In this document: positions 49,658-59,486 of the stretch, in pieces | Layout: every line of letters begins with the position of its first letter | How positions within the stretch are numbered: position 1 is the first letter of the stretch | Assembly (NCBI GenBank): GCA_918797485.1 | Contig: CAKKNE010000001.1 | Coordinates: forward strand, 3,348,001 to 3,412,000 | Source of the DNA: Pelagomonas calceolata | Taxonomy: Eukaryota | Length of the DNA stretch: 64,000 nt | Reading direction: 5' to 3' | Notes under the pieces: generated by a model | Seen by the model: the letters and a program-made list of their open reading frames with translations, nothing else | Told to the model about the DNA's origin: nothing | The model's database searches: none | Position numbers and translations under genes: made by a program

Positions 49658-51286
49658 ATGGGCCGCAAAACCCACCGCCGCTCCCAGCAGGAGATCGATG
49701 CTATTAGAAGGGAACGCGCCCAGCGCAAGACGCAAGACGTGGAAGTGCAGATGGGCGCGATGACGTTGGAATTTAACGACAACTTGCGACTCACGGTCGA
49801 GGAGGACTGGCACTGCGAACAGGGAGACGCGATCGCGGGCCTCCAGTGGGCCGGCGGGGTGCGGTTGGCGCGCTTCTTTGACGATAGGAGCGTCTTTGGT
49901 CAGGACTACTGGCGAGATAAGGTTGTATTGGAGCTCGGAGCGGGCCAGGGCCTCACGAGTTGTGTGCTCGCGACGCTGGGGTGTAAACGCGTCGTCTGTA
50001 GCGATGCTGATGTTACACATGCGCGGCAGACGGTCGCGCGCAACGCCGACGTGTTGGAAGCCAAGCCCGACGTTCTTGCGTACAGCTGGGGCGTCGGAGA
50101 ACCACCAATTAAGGCTGATGTAATAGTGTGCGGCGACTGCCTCTACAACAGGGACCACGCCCATTTACTGGTGCGAGGTTTGTTAGATTGCGCTTCTTCA
50201 TCAACATCTATCTACTTATGTGGCGCCGTGGGCGAGGACGCGTATCAAGCTTTTCTGGCCGAGGCGCCTCGTTATTTTGATGTCGAGTTGTTGGACGGGT
50301 CGGCGCGGACTGGTACAAATGTGAATACGTGGCAGAAGCGCGACTTGTTGCGCCTCACGAAACGCAGTGGCCCTGCGTTACAAGCGATCCAACCGGGCCG
50401 CAAGGATAAAGTAGAAGGTGACGACGCGGCTCTTTTCGACGATGTTTCTGATGGTGACACTCTCATCACATCAGAAGACTTCACGGAGCGAGCCCGAACG
50501 CTCGTAGACCCATATCCTGATCACAGGAGCGTGTTCGTCGTCGACGGCGTCCTTTCTGAAGATGCTTGTAAACAACTGATCGCATCATCATGCACCCGAG
50601 ACTCCTTCTGGGCCGGCGACGAGCCTCACGAGGACGCGCGGCCGTTCCGCGACGCGGACACGTGCGAGGTTTCGTGTCCGAAGCTGGCGGCTCGGATCTA
50701 CGAGCGCATCGCGCCCTATCTATCAGAGACACCGATCGCCATTCCTTCGACAGAACATTTGGAGGTTAGAGGAGAGTGGCGGCCGTGTTCTTTGAACGAG
50801 GACTTTTTGTTCGGCAACTACCCGGCAAAAGGAGGCTTCGCGCCGCACTCCGACGGCGCCACAGCTAAAGGCTTGAATTTGCGATCTTTTTATTCGGTTA
50901 TTATCTACCTGAACACGCCGTCTGAAGGCGGCGGCACGCGCTTTTATAAGAAGTCGGCCACTGATGTGGTCCTAGAAGATAAGAGGTGGACGGGCCGCAA
51001 GGACCTCGCGGTCTTCGAGGTCCAACCTTTGATGGGAAGGGCTCTGGTGTTCGACCAGCGTTTAGTACATGAGGGCATACCACCTATTGGTGATAGGAAG
51101 CACATCATCCGCACGGACGTCATGTTTCAGAGAATTGAGCCCTTGTTTGTTGAATACGCAAACGAGTACGCGGACTACGAACGGGCCGTCGATTTGTCGG
51201 AGCGAGGAAAACACGCGGACGCGATATCACTATTCCGGAAAGTCTCACGACATGCCCCGGAGCTAGCAGCTGAATTAGGTATTTAA
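49658..51286 (+). CDS. Fusion of a METTL21/Methyltransf_16-type protein methyltransferase and a 2OG-Fe(II) oxygenase (P4H-like)
   Basis: QWAGGVRLARF, VLELGAGQGL, YSWG, DVIVCGDCLY; then FAPHSDG (HxD), IIYLN...GGGTRF, LVHEG, IIRTDVM. Confidence 0.85.
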   Translation: MGRKTHRRSQQEIDAIRRERAQRKTQDVEVQMGAMTLEFNDNLRLTVEEDWHCEQGDAIAGLQWAGGVRLARFFDDRSVFGQDYWRDKVVLELGAGQGLTSCVLATLGCKRVVCSDADVTHARQTVARNADVLEAKPDVLAYSWGVGEPPIKADVIVCGDCLYNRDHAHLLVRGLLDCASSSTSIYLCGAVGEDAYQAFLAEAPRYFDVELLDGSARTGTNVNTWQKRDLLRLTKRSGPALQAIQPGRKDKVEGDDAALFDDVSDGDTLITSEDFTERARTLVDPYPDHRSVFVVDGVLSEDACKQLIASSCTRDSFWAGDEPHEDARPFRDADTCEVSCPKLAARIYERIAPYLSETPIAIPSTEHLEVRGEWRPCSLNEDFLFGNYPAKGGFAPHSDGATAKGLNLRSFYSVIIYLNTPSEGGGTRFYKKSATDVVLEDKRWTGRKDLAVFEVQPLMGRALVFDQRLVHEGIPPIGDRKHIIRTDVMFQRIEPLFVEYANEYADYERAVDLSERGKHADAISLFRKVSRHAPELAAELGI

Positions 51287-51287
51287 G

Positions 51288-53180
51288 TTATAACAGGCTA
51301 GATTGCGGCATCGTCACGCGGCTCATGACTAGTGCGGAAAAGTTCACGTCAGATTCCAGTCTATCGGTCTCCCGCAACACGTCTTCCAATTGTGACGGCA
51401 GGACCTGGATCTCTATTTCTTGATCGACGGCCGATGTATCCAGGCACTCCAGCTCGAAGATGCACTTGAGAGGTATGCCCGGAACGAGCGCCCCGATCTG
51501 GATGAGCGGCTTCGGCGACTTGTACTTCTCCGGATTGTAACTCAACAATATCGGTATTTGGAGTAAGGATTCGTCCCCGAGATTCGCCACCTCGACCTCG
51601 AGGTGGAAGAACGGCCCGAGACCCTTGACGACCGCCCTTAGATCGACCAGCACCTTGTCCTCCTCCTCCTCCTTGGTATCCTCCTCCTTCGGTGGCACGG
51701 AAGCGCCGGCGATCTCGCCCCTTTGCAACAACTCCAGGTAGGCCTTTGCTGTTGTTACTTGTAAGTTGACGGTCTCCTGTTGAAACCGCCGGTGCATCTC
51801 GGGGGCCATTTCTCGTTCCCTTTCCGTTTGATCTAAGTAGAGTTTCGTCTTCTTCGGGATATCCAGCGGAATGTCCTGCTCCGGTGGGGGGCCGCCGCCA
51901 TAGGTCGCTGTTGCTAACTCATGTCTCCGAGGTAACATCTTCACGATCAAACCACCTGCTTTCGTGACGAGGCATAACGTATTGACTTCCCTAGAGTACG
52001 GACCGCACGCTAACGCTGCTATGCGTTCCCCTACCCGCAAGACGTCCACTAAATCCTTCCCGCGATACATGCGGACGTCGCCGTTCGTCAGAGCCGCTAG
52101 TATGAGTATCGCTTCTCTTTGCCCTTTGAGGTCCAAGCGTTCTAAATTTGTGATCGGTTCCTGCGTGGACATCGACTCTCAGGTGCCATCGACGCGAGGT
52201 TGATTTCCACACTGATAAAGTGCGGGCGTGTGGAGCGTGAACTGCTTTCTAGCTTTCGCGGCGAAGCACCGTATGCTCGAATCGGCGGTCGCCACGTAGA
52301 CGCACTTGTCGCCCGGCGCGACGCCGACGACGGCCGTCTCCAATTCAATATGCGGCCTTCTTATGACAACTGAACCTTTGTGCTCCCCGGAAGTCAGCGT
52401 GTAGACGCGGTCGTCGCGGCAGGCGACATAAGCCCGCCAGTCCACGTCGAAGACGCCGGCCGTCTTGATGGCCACCGGAGCGCTCGGAAGGCGGACCCTC
52501 GCTGTTATATTAGTGCAGGTCGGGTCCAAGACCAAGCACAGCTTCGCCTCCGTGCCGATCACCAACAGGCCTTGCGCGTCGGGCTCGTCCAGCGACTTCT
52601 TTACGGACGACAGGCACGTGACGACGTCCTGCGTCGAGAAGGGGATGGACCTACATCTTTCCACATGGTCCTCGAGCTGCTCGCCCTCCATGGGCAGGCA
52701 GGCCAAGGATCGAGGAGACAGGCGCGCGCCGCCGTCGTGCAAGGATCTCAACAATGAACGCGTCGCCGCCGCGTCGCTGTCCTGGCGCCAGACGTCGATT
52801 TCCTTCTTGTCTATGTCTATTTGTGGTGTAGTGAAGCGCACGAACGGTCGCAAACTTCTGTAAACATAAACGTGCGGACCCGCCGCCACGGCGACGGCCG
52901 GCACGCGTGGCAAGCGGTCGTCGGCGTAGAAGCTCGTCACGGCGCAGGGCTCGCCCTGCGACGCGATCGGGTGCTCGCTGCGCTGTCTTACACCTGAAAA
53001 CACCCTCAATTTGCCCGTGGCGTCGGCGACGACCAATGACCCTTCGCCCTTGCCGTCGACGTCGGCCAGGCAGAGGCCTTCGTTGCCCGTCTTTAAAGAG
53101 GCCAATTTATCAAAATGGGCCTGTAGCCATGGGGATTTATACGCGCCCTCGCCGGGCGTGGGCTTGGCGTAGGTGGCCAT
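51288..53180 (-). CDS. BBS1: Bardet-Biedl syndrome 1 protein (BBSome); 2 exons 53180-52224 and 52160-51288
   Basis: SPWLQAH, LADVDGKGE, PAVAVAAGPHVYVYRSLRPF, LVIGTE, AALTNGDVRMY, PLDIPKKTKLYLDQTERERE, VKGLGPFF. Confidence 0.95.
52161..52223 (-). mobile_element. Minimal introner element (63-bp GC-AG intron) in BBS1
   Basis: GCACTTTAT + TIR CAGTGTGGAAATCAAC ... GTCGATGTCCACGCAG; contains an in-frame TGA; splicing gives FTLHTP-EPITNL, colinear with BBS1 as I recall it. Confidence 0.8.
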
Positions 53181-53430
53181 ATGGCTGCTGCCAGCGGCTG
53201 GCGCTTTATGCCTTGTGCATGTTGGGCTGCTGTTCGTGGCGCGGGCAGCCGGTGGCGTCGAACTCGTGGCTTGCGGTGCGAGGTTCCGAAGCTCGGGCAG
53301 CCCGGCTATACTCGTTTGCGGCACGGGTGGGACTCGTTTGCGGCACGGGCGCGCGGAGCGAAAAATGACGGGTTTTGTGGGAAACCCGTTTTTACCAGAT
53401 TAAAAATTTTTGTGCGGCGGCCAGTCGGCT

Positions 53431-54166
53431 ATGCTCCTACGTTTCGCGGTGCTCGTCGGCGGCACGCACAAAGCGCGTATTATTGCCATTCTTCTGGTCT
53501 TGCACTTTGGGCTCGCTGCACTCAACCATTTTATAGAGATAGGAGAAATTGAGCGTGACCGTCAAAGCCTAGAAGCTCAATTTCCAGACCTTGGAGTTGC
53601 CTGTTACGACTATATTCCCTGGCTAATTGCGTTGTCCGTAACGATTTTTTTTGCCATCGGCGAAACGTTCGGTGTCGGCTTCTTGTGGTATTTGCCGGAG
53701 GTAGTTCGGGACGACGATCCAAGGAGATTCCGTGGATTTAAATACATACTGAGGATATTTGCTGTGGCGATCATCATCGGTGAAGGCAGAAATTTGGCCG
53801 GCGTTCGCTGTCACTTTTTGGCCCTCCGTGGCCGACTCCTCGATAAAGTGGGCATAGCTGACAGTCCCAGGCTCCGGTACTGGCTCTCGTAAATTAAGCA
53901 TGGTCGCCGCGCCCGTCAAGGTGGTCTTCAACTATTTCCTCAGTGTAGCCCTGGGCCAAATGTCGGTCGTCGTGGCCCGGGACTGGCACAAGGGGTCGGG
54001 CGGACTACTCGTCGTCAGCTTCCTGACGTCGGTGGCTATTGGGATGGCGCTCGAGCTCGGCCGGCTGCTCCTCAATCACGTGTGTTGCAAGTGCTGCCCC
54101 TGCCACGACGACGAGGCGATATCCGACGCCCCGGCCGGCCAATGCGCTGACGCCGCCCAGGCCTAA
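53431..54166 (+). CDS. Hypothetical multi-pass membrane protein; 2 exons 53431-53779 and 53871-54166
   Basis: Two hydrophobic ORFs in different frames joined by a 91-bp G|GTGAAG...GCTGAC...CCCAG|GC intron (53780-53870). Confidence 0.6.
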
Positions 54167-54177
54167 GACTAACACAC

Positions 54178-55875
54178 CTATCCATTACTCCACCGCAGGG
54201 CGTGTGCTGCCGCAGCCGTGTAGGCGAGGTACTCGGGCACGCCCGCGTACTTGAGGCCGTCGTACACCTCCGTCGACGCGCACCGCGCCCGGGCGACGGC
54301 CGCCATGAGCGCCTGGTACGTGCTCGTGTTCGGCCTGACGCGCATGTGGCGCATGCGGTTGAAGACCTGGACCGCGCGCCGCCAGCCGCCGCCCGCCGCC
54401 GCCGCCTCGAGGGCGCAGTTGTAGAGCTCGACCGGCACGAGGCCGTCCGTTCCGGCGCGCTGCGCGGCCTGGGCCTCGATCTCTTCCAGTAACACTAAAG
54501 CAACGCGCCCTTCCTCACCGATCTTCACCGCTCGCAATAAAACGCGCCACGTCCGCGCGTCCGGTACAATGCCCTTGGCGACCATGAGGCGGTAGGCCTG
54601 GACGGCCTTGCGCCAGTCGCCGCGCGTCGAGCAGTCCACGAGGAAGCGGTAGAAGCGGTCCGCATACATAGATTCGGATGCCCTGGTCACGACGATGCCT
54701 TTGAGTTCGGAGAGCTCCGGCGGCGGGCCCCTAACTCTAGCCTGCGCCGCCGCGGGCGCACGCTTCTTGGGTTTTGGTCGTTTGACCGGCGACTTTGCTT
54801 TGGGCGACTTGAACGGCTCCGCGGGCGTCTTTAAAACATCAGCGACGAGCGCGCGCGCCTCGTCCACCCTACCGCCCGGTTTAAAACGGGGCGGCGACTG
54901 CGGCGCGTCTTCCACGACCTCGGCCTCCGCCCCCAGGTAGGCGCGCCGCGTGCGCATGTAGTTAGAGATGCCCGCGTCCGAGGGCTCGTCGAGCGCCGAT
55001 TGTATGACTTGCTTCTTCACCGACTTTCTCCTTGGTTTCGGGTCCGCGCCGTCATCAACCAAAGCCGCCTCCGTGGCCTCATGCATTTCTTGAGCCTTGA
55101 GGCGGAGGTCGCGCCTCAGTTCATTCAACTCGTCGCCGCCCGCGCGCTTTCTGAGGGTTGCGGCGCGATTCGCATCCGTCTTTTCTGTTTCATCGACGCG
55201 CTTTTTAGCTTCAATCTTGAGCTCTGTCAGACGCCCGAGGTGCGGGTCGACGCGCGCCGCGAGCTCCGCGGACCTTCTACGCAGCGCCTCGAGGTGCTCC
55301 ATGGCCTGGATTCCCGTGCAGGCGTTCACCTCGCGCCGCAACCTTCTAAGTCCAACAATGAGCTCGTCCCCATCACCTCCACTTGAAGACGCGTCGCCCT
55401 TCGGACCCAATCCTAAACCGCCCTCGTGCGCCGGCTTTCGTACTGAATCCTCGAAGCTATCCAAATTCGCGACGACGGCGGCGCGCCACGGGCCCGCCTC
55501 GACCGTGTGTTGTGATCTCTTGGCGTGGCCCTGGGTCGCCGCCGCGTCTCGCGCCTTGTCCAGATGCTGCAGGAAAGGCCTTTGCTTGAACACCGCCTGG
55601 CACCTTGCCTCGGCGAGTCGATGCTCGGCCTTGTGAATGGCATGTTTTACGTCGTGGTGCGCCGCCTCCCGCAAAAAATCCGCCGTCGCTTTCTCGGTCC
55701 GCTCCTTTACTTCATACTTGGCGTCGGCGTAGTTCTCCCTTGCAAGTACTGCGCGGCTGTACCTCTTTGCCCGCTGGGTCGAGGTTTGGTATGATTCAAT
55801 AATCTCGTCGTCGGCCTTCGCTATTGCCTCCGTGATCTCGCGCAGGGTCTTGTACTTCTCGGGGATGTCGGGCAT
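54178..55875 (-). CDS. Coiled-coil protein with C-terminal pentatricopeptide (PPR) repeats
   Basis: CSTRGDWRKAVQAYRLMVAKGIVPDARTW; LYNCALEA...GWRRAVQVFNRMRHMRVRPNTSTYQALM. Confidence 0.75.
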   Translation of the reverse strand: MPDIPEKYKTLREITEAIAKADDEIIESYQTSTQRAKRYSRAVLARENYADAKYEVKERTEKATADFLREAAHHDVKHAIHKAEHRLAEARCQAVFKQRPFLQHLDKARDAAATQGHAKRSQHTVEAGPWRAAVVANLDSFEDSVRKPAHEGGLGLGPKGDASSSGGDGDELIVGLRRLRREVNACTGIQAMEHLEALRRRSAELAARVDPHLGRLTELKIEAKKRVDETEKTDANRAATLRKRAGGDELNELRRDLRLKAQEMHEATEAALVDDGADPKPRRKSVKKQVIQSALDEPSDAGISNYMRTRRAYLGAEAEVVEDAPQSPPRFKPGGRVDEARALVADVLKTPAEPFKSPKAKSPVKRPKPKKRAPAAAQARVRGPPPELSELKGIVVTRASESMYADRFYRFLVDCSTRGDWRKAVQAYRLMVAKGIVPDARTWRVLLRAVKIGEEGRVALVLLEEIEAQAAQRAGTDGLVPVELYNCALEAAAAGGGWRRAVQVFNRMRHMRVRPNTSTYQALMAAVARARCASTEVYDGLKYAGVPEYLAYTAAAAHALRWSNG

Positions 55876-56051
55876 GCTATCGCATTGTTTGGGGCAGCCC
55901 TTGCTTAAGTGCTCGTCCGTCGCCTCGTGCGGCTGGCAAGCTTGCTGGGGCAGCCTTCGACGATCGCTGCGGTTGTCTGGCACTGTCCTCGTCGTCTGGG
56001 CGCCTGCGTAGGCGTCGGACTGCACCTTAGCTCGGCCGAGCGTTGGGCGTA

Positions 56052-56073
56052 GCTAGCGGCCGTAAGGTACTAG
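56052..56073 (+). promoter_or_regulatory. Double-CTAG upstream motif GCTAGCGGCCGTAAGGTACTAG
   Basis: Two mismatches in the core; between divergent starts at 55875 and 56299. Confidence 0.55.
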
Positions 56074-56298
56074 CAATCGACAGCCGGCATTCACCGAGCA
56101 ATAACTCAGCCTAAACTCGCGCAGCGCTCGCTGGGAGCCTTGCGTGAATAGCTATTGGTAGGCTGTACTTGTGTGCTTGGCTACGCGTTCCGCCGTCTCG
56201 CGCACAGAGCTCTCTGCATACACCTGGAGGAACCCTCGCACTTTTGCGCATCGTAACGCGTGAACGCCGACAGCATTCCGTCTGATCGGCAAAACTGC

Positions 56299-58197
56299 AT
56301 GCGAGTCCATCTCGCACTGTCCATCCTCGCCGCAGTCGCCGCTGCCGTGACCATGCCGCCACCGGAGAAGAAGCAGCGCACGCACACGCACCAACAGCCG
56401 AACCCGCCGGTCTTTCCGGCGAGCGTCGTCGTCTTTGCGCCTGATGATGCGAATATCACGGAGCGCATGGCCGCGCGGTCAGAGGTGCTCAACGACCGGG
56501 CCCGGGGGCACTTCAGCTCGGAGCGGCTGGCCTTCCTCTTCAAGCCGGGCCGCTACGACGTGGAGGCGAAGATTGGGTATTACACGAGCGTGACGGGACT
56601 CGGCGCCAGCCCGTACGACGTCGTCTTCGCGGGCGAACGTGGCGTTTATGTGGATGCGATGGACCCGCAGCAAGCGGGCTCCCTCGACACGTTCTGGCGG
56701 AGCGGCGACAACTTCCGGCACGAGGCCTCGACGGGCTTCCGCTGGGCCGTGAGCCAGGCCGCTCCTCTGCGACGCATCGTCGCCGCGGGCGACCTTGAGC
56801 TCTTCGATCCGACGGCCCAGGTCAACTACGCGTCCGGGGGCTATTTAGGCAATTCCATCGTCGAGGGTTCGCTCATTCTTGGATCTCAGCAGCAGTGGAT
56901 AAATCGCAACGTGCAGATGAACGGCGCGACCGGCGGCGCCTGGTCCAACGTCTACGTGGGCTGCGCCGGGGCCGTGGCGGCGCCGTCGGCGGCCGGCGCC
57001 GAGCCGCGCGTGAGCGTCGTCGATCAGGCGCCGGTGGTCGCCGCGAAGCCTTACATCGTGATCGACGAGGCCACGGGCCGCTACGATTTGCGCGTGCCGC
57101 TCGTGGCCAAGGACGTCGTCGGCGCGGCGCTCGACGCGCCGTACCGCGACGTGCCTTTCGAAAGCGTTTTCGTAGCCGACGCCTCACGTCACGGCGCGCG
57201 GCATATAAACGAAGCGCTGGCGCGTGGCTTAGACGTCGTTCTCGCGCCCGGCATCTTCGAGCTCGAATCGTCGATCAGAATGGCGCGGCCGGGCGCCGTC
57301 GTGATGGGCCTAGGGTATGCCACGTTGGTCGCGCCGGCGTCGGGCGCGCCCTGTGTCATCGCGAACGACGCCGGAGGCATGCGTTTAGCGTCGGTCGTCC
57401 TCCAGGCGAGCGAGGTGCCGGCGGGCGACTCGTCGCTGCTGCGCTGGGGCGGAGACGGTTCGGAAACGGACCCGTCGGTCCTGAGCGACGTCTTCGCGCG
57501 CGTGGGTGGGCCGGGCTCGCTGAAGGTCCGCGCCTCGGTGATGGTCCACGTGGCGGCGAGCCACGTCATCCTGGACAATTTGTGGCTCTGGCGCGCGGAC
57601 CACGCGGAGCTGGCGCCCGGCGAGCAGCCGCGTTCGAGGCCAGTGCATGAATCGAATTGTGGCGTCTCGTCTCCGCCATTGCTGAATCGTGGCCTCCACG
57701 CCATCGACGCGACGTCTCTACTGCTTGATTTGCGCGCAGGCCCGGGCGAGCAGTACCACCTCGTCGTGCCGGGCGAATGTGCGGTAAAAAACGGCCTCGT
57801 CGTCGACGGCGACGACGTCACGGCCTACGGCCTCGCCGTGGAGCACACGGATCAGGACCAGGTCATATGGCGCGGCGAGCGCGGCCGGACGTACTTCTAC
57901 CAGTGCGAGTTGCCTTATGATGTGAACCAGACCCTGTTTGGCGACAAGGGCTACACCGGCTACCGCGTCGACCTCGCCGTCAAAAAGCATGAGTGTTGGG
58001 CGCCCGGCGTCTACTCCTACTTTAGAGATTACCCGTGCCTGGTCCAAGCGGCCATTGTCGCGCCGGACACCGACGAGGTCACGTTCGCCAACGCGTTCAT
58101 GAAGAAGTTGCGAGGGCACGACGGGATCCTCTCCGTCGAACGCTACGACGTAGCGGCCTGGAGGGCGTCGGACGCGCGCTTCCAGAAGTACTACTAA
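56299..58197 (+). CDS. Exo-beta-1,3-glucanase (laminarinase), bacterial-type GH55, with signal peptide; 2 exons
   Basis: AFLFKPGRY, IGYYTSVTGLG, FWRS, WAVSQAAPLRR, ASGGY, SQQQW, DVFARVGG, WLWRADH, GLAVEH, FYQCELPYD (catalytic Glu motif) match the Streptomyces Lam55A-like family. Confidence 0.9.
   Translation: MRVHLALSILAAVAAAVTMPPPEKKQRTHTHQQPNPPVFPASVVVFAPDDANITERMAARSEVLNDRARGHFSSERLAFLFKPGRYDVEAKIGYYTSVTGLGASPYDVVFAGERGVYVDAMDPQQAGSLDTFWRSGDNFRHEASTGFRWAVSQAAPLRRIVAAGDLELFDPTAQVNYASGGYLGNSIVEGSLILGSQQQWINRNVQMNGATGGAWSNVYVGCAGAVAAPSAAGAEPRVSVVDQAPVVAAKPYIVIDEATGRYDLRVPLVAKDVVGAALDAPYRDVPFESVFVADASRHGARHINEALARGLDVVLAPGIFELESSIRMARPGAVVMGLGYATLVAPASGAPCVIANDAGGMRLASVVLQASEVPAGDSSLLRWGGDGSETDPSVLSDVFARVGGPGSLKVRASVMVHVAASHVILDNLWLWRADHAELAPGEQPRSRPVHESNCGVSSPPLLNRGLHAIDATSLLLDLRAGPGEQYHLVVPGECAVKNGLVVDGDDVTAYGLAVEHTDQDQVIWRGERGRTYFYQCELPYDVNQTLFGDKGYTGYRVDLAVKKHECWAPGVYSYFRDYPCLVQAAIVAPDTDEVTFANAFMKKLRGHDGILSVERYDVAAWRASDARFQKYY
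57632..57739 (+). mobile_element. Introner-like 108-bp in-frame intron in the GH55 gene
   Basis: GTTCGAGGC + CAGTGCATGAATC ... TTGATTTGCGCGCAG; shares the 21-nt CCACGCCATCGACGCGACGTC with the DJ-1 introner. Confidence 0.75.
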
Positions 58198-58204
58198 TGA
58201 TGTG

Positions 58205-59002
58205 TTATTCCCTAGGAAACACGAGGTCCTCCTCGACCGTGCCGCCCTGGTCCATGTCGCCGTGGCCCGTGAAGTGCGTGTACGCCGGCGAGTTGTGGGA
58301 CCACTCCGCGTAGCACGGCGCCGCGAAGTAGTCCGCGAGCTCGGGCAGCGCGCGCATTGTGGAATGCAGTGTTGCCAGTTTCGGGCACTCTCCTAACCAG
58401 TCATCTAAATCTAACGCCCGCGCCAGGATGATGTGTTGATCCAACATCTCCCATAGTACAAAGTCGCCGGATCGAGGTTTGACTCCCGTCATGAAGGGCC
58501 CGATGCAAAAGCCCTCGAGCTTCGTGAAGTGCGTTTTCACGTTCCTCTCGAAATGTTTCTTCGCCGCCGCCTCGAAGTCGGCCTTCGTTTTTGTGGAGCC
58601 GAAGGGATACACGACCTTCATCAAATCATTCCGCAAGTCATAGGTCTGATCTAAGACAGTATGGTTGTAGGTCTGGTACGTGCCGCTCATGCCGTCGTCG
58701 ATACCTAGTCTCCTCCCCAGATACAGGGCACACGTGTTCGACTGGGAGACGACCAAGCCGCCGTCCACAAGATACGGCAGGTTCGCGCAGGAGTTCTTCT
58801 TCTTCAGGAGTTCCTTGTCCTCTTTGAACCATTTCTGATTACAATCGGTACCGTACGCAACGTGGCGAAAGTTCTGCTTCTTGGCGTAGAGCATCATGCG
58901 CAGCGGGGCGCCCAGCCCCCTAATCTTATGGTAGCCCAGCGTCGGGTGCCGCGTGGGGTTGTCCGGTCTCAAAGGGTCGCCGGTGTTGCCGTATGCGGCC
59001 AT
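58205..59002 (-). CDS. Glutathione S-transferase, Mu-like class
   Basis: TLGYHKIRGLGAPLRMML, ANLPYLVDG..VSQSN..LYLGR, DFVLWEMLDQH. Confidence 0.92.
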   Translation of the reverse strand: MAAYGNTGDPLRPDNPTRHPTLGYHKIRGLGAPLRMMLYAKKQNFRHVAYGTDCNQKWFKEDKELLKKKNSCANLPYLVDGGLVVSQSNTCALYLGRRLGIDDGMSGTYQTYNHTVLDQTYDLRNDLMKVVYPFGSTKTKADFEAAAKKHFERNVKTHFTKLEGFCIGPFMTGVKPRSGDFVLWEMLDQHIILARALDLDDWLGECPKLATLHSTMRALPELADYFAAPCYAEWSHNSPAYTHFTGHGDMDQGGTVEEDLVFPRE

Positions 59003-59197
59003 TGTGCTTTGGCGTGAGGGCCAGCGAGTGATGATGTGACGGTGAGAGCGCCAGCGATGGCGTGCTGCTGGCTAGGGTTTTGCAGCTAGTGCGTCGTGTG
59101 CAGCTATTGGTTTTTGCTTACGCAGCGAGAGATGTGGCTGCAGCGACCAGGAGAACGCTGCAAATCGACGTAAATTTGGTCGCGGCGCGGCGGACGA

Positions 59198-59220
59198 GCT
59201 AGCGGTATGTAAGACACTAG
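59198..59220 (+). promoter_or_regulatory. Double-CTAG upstream motif GCTAGCGGTATGTAAGACACTAG
   Basis: Perfect consensus between divergent starts at 59002 and 59487. Confidence 0.65.
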
Positions 59221-59486
59221 CAAGCCGTAAAGCTGCGAAACCCCATGGTCTAGACCTCCGACGGCTCAAAACAGTCCTTCAGGCGAGCAAGCCCGTCCGC
59301 TGCCCCTCGTGGGGGCGCTGCTCTCCCTTGCGCAACGCGGGCCATTGCAAGAGCCAAAGACCTCCGCAGCCGACACCAGGTGGCTGCGCACGGCCCGGGA
59401 AGGACACGTCCAGCCCCACGCCGCCGCCGCGAGGCTGCACCTTCGCGCAAGCCACCGCAGAGCGCCGTGGGCAGCCTACGAGCAGC

